A program made the position numbers and the translations under genes. This document shows positions 18,726 through 29,018 of a stretch of 64,000 nucleotides of DNA, one piece after another. Under the pieces are notes generated by a model that ran no database searches, was not told where the DNA came from, and worked only from the letters and a program-made list of their open reading frames with translations. The stretch's first letter is position 1. Every line of letters starts with the position of its first letter. The stretch comes from Bacillota bacterium (GTDB lineage Bacteria > Bacillota > Clostridia > Acetivibrionales > JANLFN01), in the NCBI GenBank assembly GCA_023421675.1, contig JAEZTC010000013.1:464037-528036 (forward strand), in the 5' to 3' direction.

Positions 18726-19934
18726 TCATTTCTTTTTTGAACCAGGTAAAGGTATAATTAAAAGTGCTATTACAAACAGGATTAAGCCTGTATACAGCAT
18801 AGTAGGCTGAAATGCAGTTTCGGCAGTTTTCCCGGAAAGCCATGGGAACAGAATCCATGCAACTGACATGTAGAAATAAAGAAGAGAGGTTGCTGAACCC
18901 GAATTATTCGGATAAAGGCTGCAGGCATATGTAATTGTAAATGGTATAATGCAGCCGGTAAGTATACCGGTAAGACCTGCGGTAATACAGATTATTATCG
19001 GTTCATTTATGATAAAACCTGCTGAAAGTACCAGCCCGCCTGCCAGACAGCCATAAAACATTATTGACTTGGTGCTGAGCTTTGCAGATATTACAGAACA
19101 AAGAAGCCTGCCGATTATTATTCCAAGCCAGAACATTGATGAAGCAAAGCTTGCAAGTATTGAACCTGTTTTAAGACTTTTTTCCATGTAGGTAGGGAGC
19201 CAGGATGATATAATTGCCTGATGGCTGGAATAAAATAATATCAGCAAACATAGAATTATCATTCTTGGACTTGTGAACAGCCTTTTGTAGCTTACAGATT
19301 CAGATGCAACGCTTGTTGTTTTTTCTTCAGTATAATTTTTTATTGTTAATATATATGCAATTATTATTATCAGACAGATTGCCGCCAGTATTAGAAAGGC
19401 AATGTTCCAATGCATGCCTGACTTTATTATAAGGCTTGCAAATAAAGGCCCTATAAAGGCACCTACTCCAAAAGTAGCATGCAGGAGGTTAAGAAACAAG
19501 CCTCGCCTTTCAGGATGCAGATCGGAAACAAAGGCGCTCAGCATTGCATCAAGGAATTTAGTGCTTGCTCCTAGTATCAGAAATATTCCAAGGAGTATTG
19601 CGTATGAAGGAGATGTTGAACTAAGCAGTAAAGTAATTGTATATACGGCAAACGCGCCGCATATGAGCCTGGACTTCCTTGCAAAATCAGCTAGAAAGCT
19701 TCCAAGTACAATAGCTGCTATTCCGCCTATATTCTGAAAAGTAACGGCAAGCCCCCCCTGAGACATGTTTATGCCGTATTGATCAAGAAGTACGGGCATG
19801 AGCGGGCCAATCATTGTAAAAGATATTCCATAGGCAAGCATAAGAAGATAGAGTAATAAAGTTAGTATGGCTTTTGGTTTGTTCTCGCCTTTAAATAAAG
19901 TGTGCAGCGTATTGTGGTGTGTCAATTGTTCCAT
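18726..19934 (-). CDS. MFS transporter
   Basis: A 402-aa ORF with 12 predicted TM helices and the loop 2-3 motif context (ADFARKSRL). Confidence 0.8.
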   Translation of the reverse strand: MEQLTHHNTLHTLFKGENKPKAILTLLLYLLMLAYGISFTMIGPLMPVLLDQYGINMSQGGLAVTFQNIGGIAAIVLGSFLADFARKSRLICGAFAVYTITLLLSSTSPSYAILLGIFLILGASTKFLDAMLSAFVSDLHPERRGLFLNLLHATFGVGAFIGPLFASLIIKSGMHWNIAFLILAAICLIIIIAYILTIKNYTEEKTTSVASESVSYKRLFTSPRMIILCLLILFYSSHQAIISSWLPTYMEKSLKTGSILASFASSMFWLGIIIGRLLCSVISAKLSTKSIMFYGCLAGGLVLSAGFIINEPIIICITAGLTGILTGCIIPFTITYACSLYPNNSGSATSLLYFYMSVAWILFPWLSGKTAETAFQPTMLYTGLILFVIALLIIPLPGSKKK

Positions 19935-19943
19935 CCTCCGAGT

Positions 19944-20933
19944 TTATTTGTGTTTGAAGCCTTGAGGGTTTTTCCTGTGCCAATTCCAGGCAGTTTCAAT
20001 TATTCTATTGAGGTCATCATATTCAGGCTTCCAGGAAAGAGTATCCTTGGCCTTTTGAGATGAAGCTACCAGAATGGCCGGATCTCCCGCCCTTCTTGGT
20101 GATACTTGTGCTTTAATATCAATTCCAGTAACCTCTCTTGCAGCCTGCAAAACCTCTTTAACCGAAAAGCCTTTTCCGTTCCCCAAATTGATTATACTGC
20201 TGTCCTTGCTTTCTCTCAACCTTTTTAATGCCAAAATATGTGCTGAAGCAAGATCGATTACATGTACATAATCCCTTATACATGTCCCGTCAAGGGTACT
20301 GTAATCATCACCAAAGATTTCAACCTGTTCACGCTGACCTAGAGCAGCCTGCAATATTATTGGAATCAGGTGTGATTCTGGCGTATGATCTTCTCCGATT
20401 ATTCCGTCAGGGTGTGCTCCTGCCGCATTGAAATACCTTAATGAAGCATATCTGATGCCATATGCACTATCAGCCCATTTCAAAGCCTTTTCAACAGCTA
20501 GTTTTGTCTCTCCGTATGGATTTGTTGGAAGAGTCCTGTTGCCTTCGATTATTGGTGTGCTTTCAGGTTCTCCGTAAACTGCAGCTGAAGACGAAAACAC
20601 TATTTTATCTATTGAATATTCCTTCATTATATTAAGGAGTTTTAGTGTTGAAACTACATTGTTATTATAATATTTTAACGGATTAGTTACACTTTCACCT
20701 ACGAGAGAATATGCTGCGAAATGAATCACAGCTTCAATATCTTCCTTCATAAAAACATCATTCAGAAAATCATCATCCATTAAATCGCCTATGTAAAGCC
20801 TTCCACCTATAATGGCACTTTTATGTCCCTTTTCCAAATTATCGATTATTACAACATCCTCACCGTTTTTAATAAGTTCAGAGACTGTATGACTTCCGAT
20901 ATATCCGGCTCCGCCTGTTACAAGAATAGCCAT
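19944..20933 (-). CDS. galE: UDP-glucose 4-epimerase
   Basis: Motifs GGAGYIGSH, the YGETK catalytic YxxxK, LRYFNAAGA and IRDYVHV. The 329-aa length is typical of GalE. Confidence 0.92.
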   Translation of the reverse strand: MAILVTGGAGYIGSHTVSELIKNGEDVVIIDNLEKGHKSAIIGGRLYIGDLMDDDFLNDVFMKEDIEAVIHFAAYSLVGESVTNPLKYYNNNVVSTLKLLNIMKEYSIDKIVFSSSAAVYGEPESTPIIEGNRTLPTNPYGETKLAVEKALKWADSAYGIRYASLRYFNAAGAHPDGIIGEDHTPESHLIPIILQAALGQREQVEIFGDDYSTLDGTCIRDYVHVIDLASAHILALKRLRESKDSSIINLGNGKGFSVKEVLQAAREVTGIDIKAQVSPRRAGDPAILVASSQKAKDTLSWKPEYDDLNRIIETAWNWHRKNPQGFKHK

Positions 20934-21141
20934 GTATGATACCTCCTTAGTACTATAGGAATAATGTTATATTTTTTATAATTTAAAGTAAAGGCTATTA
21001 TTGCGTTTAAAAGTAAATTAAGTTTTAATAAACTGTAAACAATAGCCACCAACAAGTGTAATAGTCTTTAATGGGTTAATTTAAAGAGTTGTGTTGTTGT
21101 ATAATTATTCTATATGTGCTACAATTCTTTTGAATTTCTGA

Positions 21142-21951
21142 ATGAAGGTGATTGAAGTGGAAAGTTATAAAATTATAGACATACATGCACATATTTTTCC
21201 CGATAAAATCGTAGATAAGGCAGTTAAGGCAATAGGGAATTATTACGGTATTGAAATGTTTGGTAAGGGAAACTGCCAGGGACTTGTTGAAAGTGGCAAA
21301 AATATTAATGTATATAAATACGTAGTTCATTCAACAGCGACAAAAGTTGAACAGGTAAAATCAATAAATGACTTTATAATAGAGTCGGTTGCAGAAAATG
21401 ATAGTTTTATTGGATTTGGAACGCTTCATCCAGGACTTGAAAATGTTGATGAGGAAATTGACAGAATAATGTCGCTTGGACTTAAAGGTATCAAGCTGCA
21501 TCCCGAATTTCAGGGTTTTAATATTGACGATGAGGATATGCTTCCAATTTATAAAGCAGCACAGGGCAAACTTCCTATACTTATACATACAGGAGATGAA
21601 GTTCAGCAGTCTTCAAGCCCGGAAAAGCTTTCCAAAATAATGGACATGTTCCCGGATGTTGTATTTATTGCAGCCCACTTCGGCGGTTACAGTATGTGGG
21701 ATGAATCTGCAAAGTATCTGATGGGAAAGAATGTATACTTTGATACCTCTAGCTCCCTTTTTAAGCTTGAACCGAAAAGGGCAACAGATATGATAAGACA
21801 GCATGGAATTAAAAAAATGCTTTTTGGTACTGATTACCCAATGTGGGATCACAAGGAAGAGCTTGAAAGGTTCATGAAGCTTGATTTAACAGAAGAAGAA
21901 AGGCAGCAGATACTCTGGAAGAATTCCAGTCGTTTGCTTAATATAAAATAG
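21142..21951 (+). CDS. Amidohydrolase-family metal-dependent TIM-barrel hydrolase
   Basis: N-terminal metal motif IDIHAHIFP, with later HxGG and DYP residues. The start may instead be GTG at 21157. Confidence 0.65.
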   Translation: MKVIEVESYKIIDIHAHIFPDKIVDKAVKAIGNYYGIEMFGKGNCQGLVESGKNINVYKYVVHSTATKVEQVKSINDFIIESVAENDSFIGFGTLHPGLENVDEEIDRIMSLGLKGIKLHPEFQGFNIDDEDMLPIYKAAQGKLPILIHTGDEVQQSSSPEKLSKIMDMFPDVVFIAAHFGGYSMWDESAKYLMGKNVYFDTSSSLFKLEPKRATDMIRQHGIKKMLFGTDYPMWDHKEELERFMKLDLTEEERQQILWKNSSRLLNIK

Positions 21952-21964
21952 AAATTACGCAAAA

Positions 21965-21996
21965 CAGAGCCTGACCTTTCGGTCAGGCTTTATTTT
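21965..21996. terminator. Bidirectional terminator between convergent genes
   Basis: Hairpin agcctgacc-tttc-ggtcaggct with T-rich flanks on both strands. Confidence 0.8.
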
Positions 21997-21999
21997 ATA

Positions 22000-23661
22000 C
22001 TATTTTTCTTCATCCTTTTTTCTGATTTCTGTTCTTCTTATTTTACCGCTTATTGTTTTAGGCAGTTCATCGACGAATTCAACTATTCTAGGGTACTTGT
22101 AAGGTGCAGTCGCTTTTTTAACATGGTTCTGCAAATCTTTTACCAGTTGATCGCTCGGACTCCAGCCTTTTGCAAGAACTATTGTCGCTTTAACTACCTG
22201 ACCTCTGATAGGATCGGGAGCGGAGGTTATTGCGCATTCAAGAACCGAAGGATGCTCCATCAAGGCACTTTCAACTTCAAAAGGTCCAATTCTATAACCC
22301 GAACACTTGATAACGTCATCGGATCTTCCTACAAACCAGAAATATCCATCTTCATCCCTCCAGGCAACATCTCCGGTGTTGTAAACACCATCGTGCCATA
22401 CCTTGCTTGTAGCTTGTTCATCTCGATAGTATCCTCTGAAAAGTCCGGGAGGAACCTCCTTATCCAAACCTCTAATTACAATGTTGCCTTCCACACCTGT
22501 AGCACATGAGCGGCCCTCTTCATCAATTATATCTATATCATAGAGGGGTGATGGTTTGCCCATTGAACCTGGTTTTGGAGTAATCCACTCAAAGTTTGCG
22601 CAAAGTACAGTCGTTTCAGTTTGTCCAAACCCTTCTATAATTTCAAGTCCTGTTGCTTTTTTAAACTGGTTGTAAACCTCAGGATTCAAAGGTTCACCTG
22701 CAGTACATGCCTTCCTTATGCTTGAAAAATCAAACTTTGATAGATCTTCCTTGATTAAGAATCTGTATATTGTAGGTGGTGCGCAGAAGGTAGTTACGTG
22801 ATATTTTTGGATCATTTCTGCTAATGAATGTGAATCAAACCTTTCCATATCATATACAAAAATTGCTACTCCGCAAATCCACTGTCCATAAATCTTTCCC
22901 CAACCGCATTTTGCCCAGCCGGTTTCAGATACTGTGAGGTGAAGTCCCTCGTCAGTAAGGCCTTGCCAGTAATGAGCCGTTACAATATGCCCAATAGGAT
23001 GGTTGAAATTATGTAAAACTATTTTTGGCATACCGGTTGTTCCTGATGTAAAGTACATTAACATAGGATCTTCTCCACCGGCAGCTTCACTTCCGGTGGG
23101 TCTTGTCCAATCAGATGATGCTTTTTCAAGCTCTGCATCAAAATCGATCCAGCCATCCCTTTTTCCGTCTACAAGTGCTTTGTGAACAACTGTTGGTGAC
23201 TCTGGAAGTGCTTCTTCGATACTATCCAGAAGCTCATCATCAATAACGGATAAAATCATCTTAACCGATGCGGAGTTGTTTCTATATGCAATATCTTTTT
23301 TTGTCAATTGTGAAGTAGCTGGTATGGATATGGCCCCAATCTTTTCAAGTGCCAGGGTGCATACCCAGAAATGCCAGCGCCTTTTTAACAGGAACATTAC
23401 AACATCGCCTTTGTTTATTCCTAAAGATTTGAAAAGGTTAGCTGCTTTATCACTCATCCTTTTGAGCTGTCCAAAGGAGAAAATCTTTTCATCGCCGTGA
23501 TCGTTGCACCATACTAAGGCTCTTTTATCAGGCTTTTCCGCTGCCCAGGCATCAATTACATCATATGCAAAATTAAATTTCTCAGGAATATTTACTTTAT
23601 AATTATTTTTAAAATCTTCATATGAATCAAATCTTTCTCTAGGTAAAAATTTTTCTAACAT
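22000..23661 (-). CDS. AMP-forming acyl-CoA synthetase (medium-chain / ACSM-like)
   Basis: AMP-binding motif [19 protein letters not shown], a GDxxxxDxDGYFxFxGRxDD box, and the C-terminal [10 protein letters not shown]. Confidence 0.9.
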   Translation of the reverse strand: MLEKFLPRERFDSYEDFKNNYKVNIPEKFNFAYDVIDAWAAEKPDKRALVWCNDHGDEKIFSFGQLKRMSDKAANLFKSLGINKGDVVMFLLKRRWHFWVCTLALEKIGAISIPATSQLTKKDIAYRNNSASVKMILSVIDDELLDSIEEALPESPTVVHKALVDGKRDGWIDFDAELEKASSDWTRPTGSEAAGGEDPMLMYFTSGTTGMPKIVLHNFNHPIGHIVTAHYWQGLTDEGLHLTVSETGWAKCGWGKIYGQWICGVAIFVYDMERFDSHSLAEMIQKYHVTTFCAPPTIYRFLIKEDLSKFDFSSIRKACTAGEPLNPEVYNQFKKATGLEIIEGFGQTETTVLCANFEWITPKPGSMGKPSPLYDIDIIDEEGRSCATGVEGNIVIRGLDKEVPPGLFRGYYRDEQATSKVWHDGVYNTGDVAWRDEDGYFWFVGRSDDVIKCSGYRIGPFEVESALMEHPSVLECAITSAPDPIRGQVVKATIVLAKGWSPSDQLVKDLQNHVKKATAPYKYPRIVEFVDELPKTISGKIRRTEIRKKDEEK

Positions 23662-23886
23662 TATTGGTCTACTCCTTTACATAACTAAATATATAAGTTG
23701 AATTAAATATTCAATATGCATCATGTCCTTAATACCGGCCATGATGGTATGATAAATGATTTTAATTCAACTTATTACATCTGTAATAGGATAAAGTAAA
23801 TTCTGATTTGATACCCATTTGTATTTGGCTTTAGAAAAATGCAAATAATGTATAAGAAATTTACTTCATCCTATATAGCATAAGTA

Positions 23887-24447
23887 TCAATTATCATGAA
23901 GTATCACTGTTAAAAACTTAGCCGGTTTTCCTTCAATTGCTGTCTGCCCGTGAGGGATTGAAGGATCAAAGTATATTGAATCACCTTCATTTAAATCTAC
24001 CTCGTGAGAACCTAAAATGACCCTGACTTTTCCTTCAAGTACATAGTTGAATTCCTGCCCGGGATGAGCAACAAGGCTCATTTTTTTATTTTCCTCAGGT
24101 TCTACCGTTACCAAAAGAGGTTCTGTTTTTTTATTTTTGAAATTATATGCCAGACTTTCGAATTTATAGCCTTTATAACGTTCAATCTGTACACCTTGGC
24201 CTTTTTCAACGACACAATAGCTGTGCAGCTTTGGTGAAAGACCTGTTAACAGTTCTGTAAAATCAACTTCAAAAATCTTTGCCATTTCATAAAGTACACT
24301 TACGGGAATATCAGTTTTTCCGTTTTCGTAATCCATATATGTTTCAAGAGGTATACTAAGCTTTACAGCAGCCTCTTCACAGGTCAAATCACTTATTTCC
24401 CTTATTTCATGAATTCTTTGTGATATTTGAAGTATTGTATCCGACAT
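23887..24447 (-). CDS. XRE-family HTH transcriptional regulator with C-terminal cupin domain
   Basis: The ORF opens at 24513. AGGAGG is followed by two ATGs at 24453 and 24447, and the second has the better spacing. The N-terminus is an HTH_3-like helix-turn-helix. The C-terminus has the cupin motifs HPGQEFNYVLEG and GDSIYFDPSIPH. Confidence 0.85.
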   Translation of the reverse strand: MSDTILQISQRIHEIREISDLTCEEAAVKLSIPLETYMDYENGKTDIPVSVLYEMAKIFEVDFTELLTGLSPKLHSYCVVEKGQGVQIERYKGYKFESLAYNFKNKKTEPLLVTVEPEENKKMSLVAHPGQEFNYVLEGKVRVILGSHEVDLNEGDSIYFDPSIPHGQTAIEGKPAKFLTVILHDN

Positions 24448-24785
24448 ATTCATTCCTCCTGCAAAAATATCTTGATGAACAAGATGTATAAAAATTTCAT
24501 CGCAGTTGTACATTAATGAAATACCTTATTAATATTATTCAGCATTTATTTGTGGAATGTTAAATAAAACTTATTCATCTTTTGTATTTTACCATACAAA
24601 CTTATTAAGGCAAAGTAAAATGATAATTATAATGACTTTGTAGTATAATAGAATTAACCTTTTAAAGCATTAGTTATCAAATGTTTTTTGAGTTATTTAA
24701 AGAACCTTTTTAAGTATTATTCGTCTAAATTATTGTTGGATATATTTGGTTTGAAAGATACTTTTTTAAATGTGAGGGCCTGCCA

Positions 24786-26870
24786 ATGAAAAGAATAGCT
24801 TTCCTTATTATTTGTATTTCCTTTTTAACTATTAATTTTATCCCGTCATGGGCTGCAAAAAGCACAGACAATGTCGGTTTATCTATAACAAAGATATCCG
24901 GAACCTTAAGTGGGAATAAACTAAGAATTACCATAAATGCAAGCTCGCCGATAGGTGAATATACAGAATCTTTATTTGACAATAGTCCAAGGCTTGCGAT
25001 AGATATTGAAAACGCAGTTTATGCAGCCAGTGATATTAAGGTTAACAGCAATTATGTTTATAAAGTGCGTGGAGCACAGTATACATCACAGCCATATGTT
25101 ACAAGAATTGTTTGTGACATGAAGGAGTGGACAGGCTATACTGTTTCACTATCTACTAATAAAAAGCAAATGTTCATTGATTTTGACAATAAACCTCTTC
25201 CGGTTTCAAGACTGGGGTTTGAGAGAACACCTTCGTCTGACAATGTTAGTTTGGACATGAAATATGCCAGAAATGCAGTAATAGTATCATCCGGCAATAA
25301 TCAGCTGGTTATGGACGTTCCAATGACTAGTGTTGATTTAATTGATAAATACACAAGTACCTATGGTAGATTTGTAAACAGTATTCAGTGCAAGAAAACA
25401 GATAATTCAACCTCCAGATTTATCTTCAATTTATCAGGGCAGAGTTTTGCAAAGGTTGAAAAGGCAGACAGCGGTATAAAGGTTATTTTTTCGGCGACCG
25501 ACAGTACTGATATAAAATATTCGGTTGTTGGATACCCTCAATTTACTATCAAAAATGAAGAGATAGGAATTAATTATTTTGAATACAGATATAAGAAGGA
25601 ACAGGGGAGATTTGTTCTTACAATACCTACAAGAGCATTGGATTTTAGTTTGGGCAGAATGATTGTTAACGACTACTATATGGATTATATAGATTTCAAA
25701 TCTAGCCCCTCAACAGGACTTACAGATATAACTTTTTATAGTAAGAATCAATATGATTTCAAAGTTGATACCACTGCTAAGGAAAATACTCTTACAGCTA
25801 GTGGTACTGCAGCCTCTCTGCTTGCTCAGACATCCAATGGAGGCCTGACACTGAACCCTATAATGCTAGGGAAAACCATTGTAGTTGACCCGGGACACGG
25901 AGGAGAGGATAACGGTGCTACGTATCCGACAAACCCAGCTAAAACCTCAGATATAAAGGTTAAGGAAAAGGATATTAATCTTGATATTGCCGGAAGATTA
26001 AGTGCAATGCTTATCAAAGCAGGGCTCAATGTTCAAATGACAAGGCAGGGTGATGAAACAGTTGACCTGTATCAAAGAGGTGATTTCGCGAATAAGCTTA
26101 ATGCCGTCTTATATCTAAGTGTTCATAATAATAGCGGAAATACTGAAGACAATGGTACAATGACATTGTTCTATCCATCTGATTACCCGGGCTATGGACT
26201 AACAGGGGAAAGGTTTGCTCAAATTGCAGAGGAAGAAATGCTGAGCAAGCTCGGTACTGCAAATAGAGGCATCTGGAAGAGACCAAGACTGGCTGTTCTT
26301 AATAATACTCACATGCCTGCTATAATTACAGAAACTGCTTATATATCCAATAGCGATGACAGATCCAAGCTTTTGACGGAAGCTTTCAGGCAGAAGACAG
26401 CAGAAGCTTTGTATAATGCTGTTGTTAAAGCACTGAATGAAATGGCTGTTTCTAATACTTCCAGCATTACTCAAAGTACAAGTACAGCAACACAGCCAAC
26501 TTATAACAGTCAGGATTACCTGCCAGGTACTATAAATGGGTTTACTGTTCCGCCGAAAGCAGCTTCGAAATGCAGCTATGTGGGCAATAGTGAAATTACT
26601 CCATCAATGTATGATTTATCTATAAATCTTGATTATTCGAAAGAAAAACAGGGTCTGGCAACATTGGCAGATCAGAAAAGTGAAGCACGTGCTGTACTTT
26701 TATCTAAGTTGGATGAAGCAACGGTAAATAAAATCATGTATATATTATACGGTTTTACTGATAATTCTTCAGCATTTTATGAGGAGGAGCTTGGAAACAG
26801 CGAGTATGAAATATGGGCAAGAAGTATAAGGTACTCGGGTATAGCAACTATTAATATTATTAAAAGATAG
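24786..26870 (+). CDS. Secreted N-acetylmuramoyl-L-alanine amidase (AMIN-like repeats + Amidase_3 domain + uncharacterised C-terminal region)
   Basis: Signal peptide present. The Amidase_3 core is VVDPGHGGEDNGA...LSVHNNS...ITETAYISN. The final 140 aa or so belong to no family I recognise. Confidence 0.85.
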   Translation: MKRIAFLIICISFLTINFIPSWAAKSTDNVGLSITKISGTLSGNKLRITINASSPIGEYTESLFDNSPRLAIDIENAVYAASDIKVNSNYVYKVRGAQYTSQPYVTRIVCDMKEWTGYTVSLSTNKKQMFIDFDNKPLPVSRLGFERTPSSDNVSLDMKYARNAVIVSSGNNQLVMDVPMTSVDLIDKYTSTYGRFVNSIQCKKTDNSTSRFIFNLSGQSFAKVEKADSGIKVIFSATDSTDIKYSVVGYPQFTIKNEEIGINYFEYRYKKEQGRFVLTIPTRALDFSLGRMIVNDYYMDYIDFKSSPSTGLTDITFYSKNQYDFKVDTTAKENTLTASGTAASLLAQTSNGGLTLNPIMLGKTIVVDPGHGGEDNGATYPTNPAKTSDIKVKEKDINLDIAGRLSAMLIKAGLNVQMTRQGDETVDLYQRGDFANKLNAVLYLSVHNNSGNTEDNGTMTLFYPSDYPGYGLTGERFAQIAEEEMLSKLGTANRGIWKRPRLAVLNNTHMPAIITETAYISNSDDRSKLLTEAFRQKTAEALYNAVVKALNEMAVSNTSSITQSTSTATQPTYNSQDYLPGTINGFTVPPKAASKCSYVGNSEITPSMYDLSINLDYSKEKQGLATLADQKSEARAVLLSKLDEATVNKIMYILYGFTDNSSAFYEEELGNSEYEIWARSIRYSGIATINIIKR

Positions 26871-26896
26871 TGGTTAATAAAGTGTCGGAGGTCTCA

Positions 26897-27805
26897 ATGA
26901 TTGAAGTTCTATGCATAGGACATGCATCTTATGATATTAGCCTGTTCCTTGAAAGCTTTCCAGAAGAAAATATTAAATCTGAAACTACTGAATACATTGA
27001 AGGTGGGGGAGGTCCGGCAGCAAACGCAGCTTACCTTTTGACAAAGTGGGGTGTTTCCTGCGGCTTTGCGGGATTAATAGGTAATGACCGCTATGGAACA
27101 AATGTTGTAGATGAATTTACAAACGCAGGTACAGAAATTTCCTGCCTTGAAGTAAGGAAGGACTATTCTACCCCCTTATCAATAATAATGGTGAATAAGA
27201 GCAATGGAAGCAGAACAATTATAAACAGGAAATCACAATTATCCTCTATGAATGTTGACAGTAAAGCATTAGGAGAATTAAGGCCTAATGTTTTGCTTTT
27301 TGATGGTCATGAGATGAATGCTTCTAAGCAAGCAATGAAAATGTACCCACAAGCAGTAACAATCCTGGATGCCGGATCATTAAGGGATTCTACCCGGATT
27401 TTAGCTCAGATGGTGGATTACCTTGTGGCTTCCGAACGTTTTGCGGCATCCTTATCAGGTGTTAAGGCTTTAAATCCTGGTAATTATGAAAATTGTTTTA
27501 ATAATCTTGCTGAATTGAATAAAAAAAATGTAGTCATTACCCTTGGAGAAAGAGGACTGTTGTACGGCAGCAAGGGCAATATCCATCTGATGCATGCCTA
27601 TAAAGCAGAAGTTTTGGATACAACGGGTGCAGGTGATGTTTTTCATGGAGCTTTTGCCTATGGTATACTTAATGGAATAGAATATGAAAAAACGCTTAAA
27701 CTAGCGTCTATAGCTGCAGCTATGTCGGTTGAGGCAAAAGGTGCAAGAAACTCAATACCGGATTTGGCAGCGTGTTTATATAAGTTGAACAATACAAGTT
27801 TTTAA
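26897..27805 (+). CDS. PfkB-family carbohydrate kinase (ribokinase-like)
   Basis: ATG at 26897 lies 5 nt after GGAGG. The ORF opens at a GTG overlapping the amidase stop. GG dipeptide (GGGGPAANAA) and C-terminal DTTGAGDVFHGAF motif are present. Confidence 0.85.
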   Translation: MIEVLCIGHASYDISLFLESFPEENIKSETTEYIEGGGGPAANAAYLLTKWGVSCGFAGLIGNDRYGTNVVDEFTNAGTEISCLEVRKDYSTPLSIIMVNKSNGSRTIINRKSQLSSMNVDSKALGELRPNVLLFDGHEMNASKQAMKMYPQAVTILDAGSLRDSTRILAQMVDYLVASERFAASLSGVKALNPGNYENCFNNLAELNKKNVVITLGERGLLYGSKGNIHLMHAYKAEVLDTTGAGDVFHGAFAYGILNGIEYEKTLKLASIAAAMSVEAKGARNSIPDLAACLYKLNNTSF

Positions 27806-27817
27806 GGATGTGTATTG

Positions 27818-28984
27818 ATGTACAGGCTTGTAAATGGAAGTTATTTATCCTTTGAGGATGGTTTTATCAAAGGTGACTTGCTGTTTGATAAAACAATAAA
27901 ATTTGAAGAACCTGGCCATGCAGGACAAGAAGAAATATTGAATATTGATATAACCGGTCTTAAAGTAATTCCGGGACTAATTGATATTCATACTCATGGG
28001 GCTGTAGGTTATGATTTCATATCGGCATCCCCATCGGATATTGAATCAGCTGCCGGTTTCTTTTCCAGAAATGCTGTTACATCTTTTTTCCCGACAACCA
28101 TTACTGCCCCTATTGAAACAATTACTACTGCTATTAAAAACATTAAAGATGCAAGTAGAATAACCGGCATTAGTTCCGCAATAGAAGGAATACATATAGA
28201 GGGTCCATATATAAGTGCAGATCATAGGGGAGTACATGACCCTTCATTTATAAAACTTCCTGACATTAAGCAATTTGATAATATTAAAAATATTGCAGGT
28301 GATGAGTTAAGGCTTATCTTTACTATGGCTCCCGAACTTCCGGGAGGGATGGAATTCATAAAACATGCAGTTGTTAACAGCGGTATAATATCCATAGGCC
28401 ACAGCGGTGCTGACAGTTGTATGGTTAAGGAAGCAATACATAACGGTGCTGTCAGCTTTACGCATTTGTTCAATGGAATGAAAGGAATCAACCACAGGGA
28501 ACCCGGTGTTGCGGGAGCAGCTTTGAACAGCGACTGTTTTGTTGAATTAATTTGCGATGGACAACATGTTTGCCCGGATATTATAAATTTGGTTTACAAA
28601 ATAAAAGGGGAGAAACGTATAGTTTTAGTAACCGATTCCATGCAGGCTGCAGGCCTGGGTGATGGCGACTATCACTTCGGAGGAGCGCTTACCTTGGTGA
28701 GGGAAGGTGTTGCAAAAAACATTGATGGGCGTCTTGCAAGCAGTACATTAACCCTCTTTGATGCAGTTAAAAATATCATGAAATATACAGGTGTATCTTT
28801 GGAAAAAGCTGTTCGGATGGCTTCACTTAATCCTGCAAAAGTTACAGGGTTAGATAAGCTAACAGGAAGCATTGAATCTGGGAAAAGAGCTGATTTGGCT
28901 GTGATAGATGAATATTTTAACATTATGTATGTGTTTTCAAAGGGTAGAAAAGTTTATGATTACCATGCGCAAAATAAAGGTTAA
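27818..28984 (+). CDS. nagA: N-acetylglucosamine-6-phosphate deacetylase
   Basis: Motifs DIHTHGAVGYDF, GIHIEGPYIS, FTHLFNGM and LVTDSM, and a length of 388 aa, match NagA. Confidence 0.88.
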   Translation: MYRLVNGSYLSFEDGFIKGDLLFDKTIKFEEPGHAGQEEILNIDITGLKVIPGLIDIHTHGAVGYDFISASPSDIESAAGFFSRNAVTSFFPTTITAPIETITTAIKNIKDASRITGISSAIEGIHIEGPYISADHRGVHDPSFIKLPDIKQFDNIKNIAGDELRLIFTMAPELPGGMEFIKHAVVNSGIISIGHSGADSCMVKEAIHNGAVSFTHLFNGMKGINHREPGVAGAALNSDCFVELICDGQHVCPDIINLVYKIKGEKRIVLVTDSMQAAGLGDGDYHFGGALTLVREGVAKNIDGRLASSTLTLFDAVKNIMKYTGVSLEKAVRMASLNPAKVTGLDKLTGSIESGKRADLAVIDEYFNIMYVFSKGRKVYDYHAQNKG

Positions 28985-29018
28985 CGTAATATATATAAAT
29001 ATAATGCTTAATCTGTAG

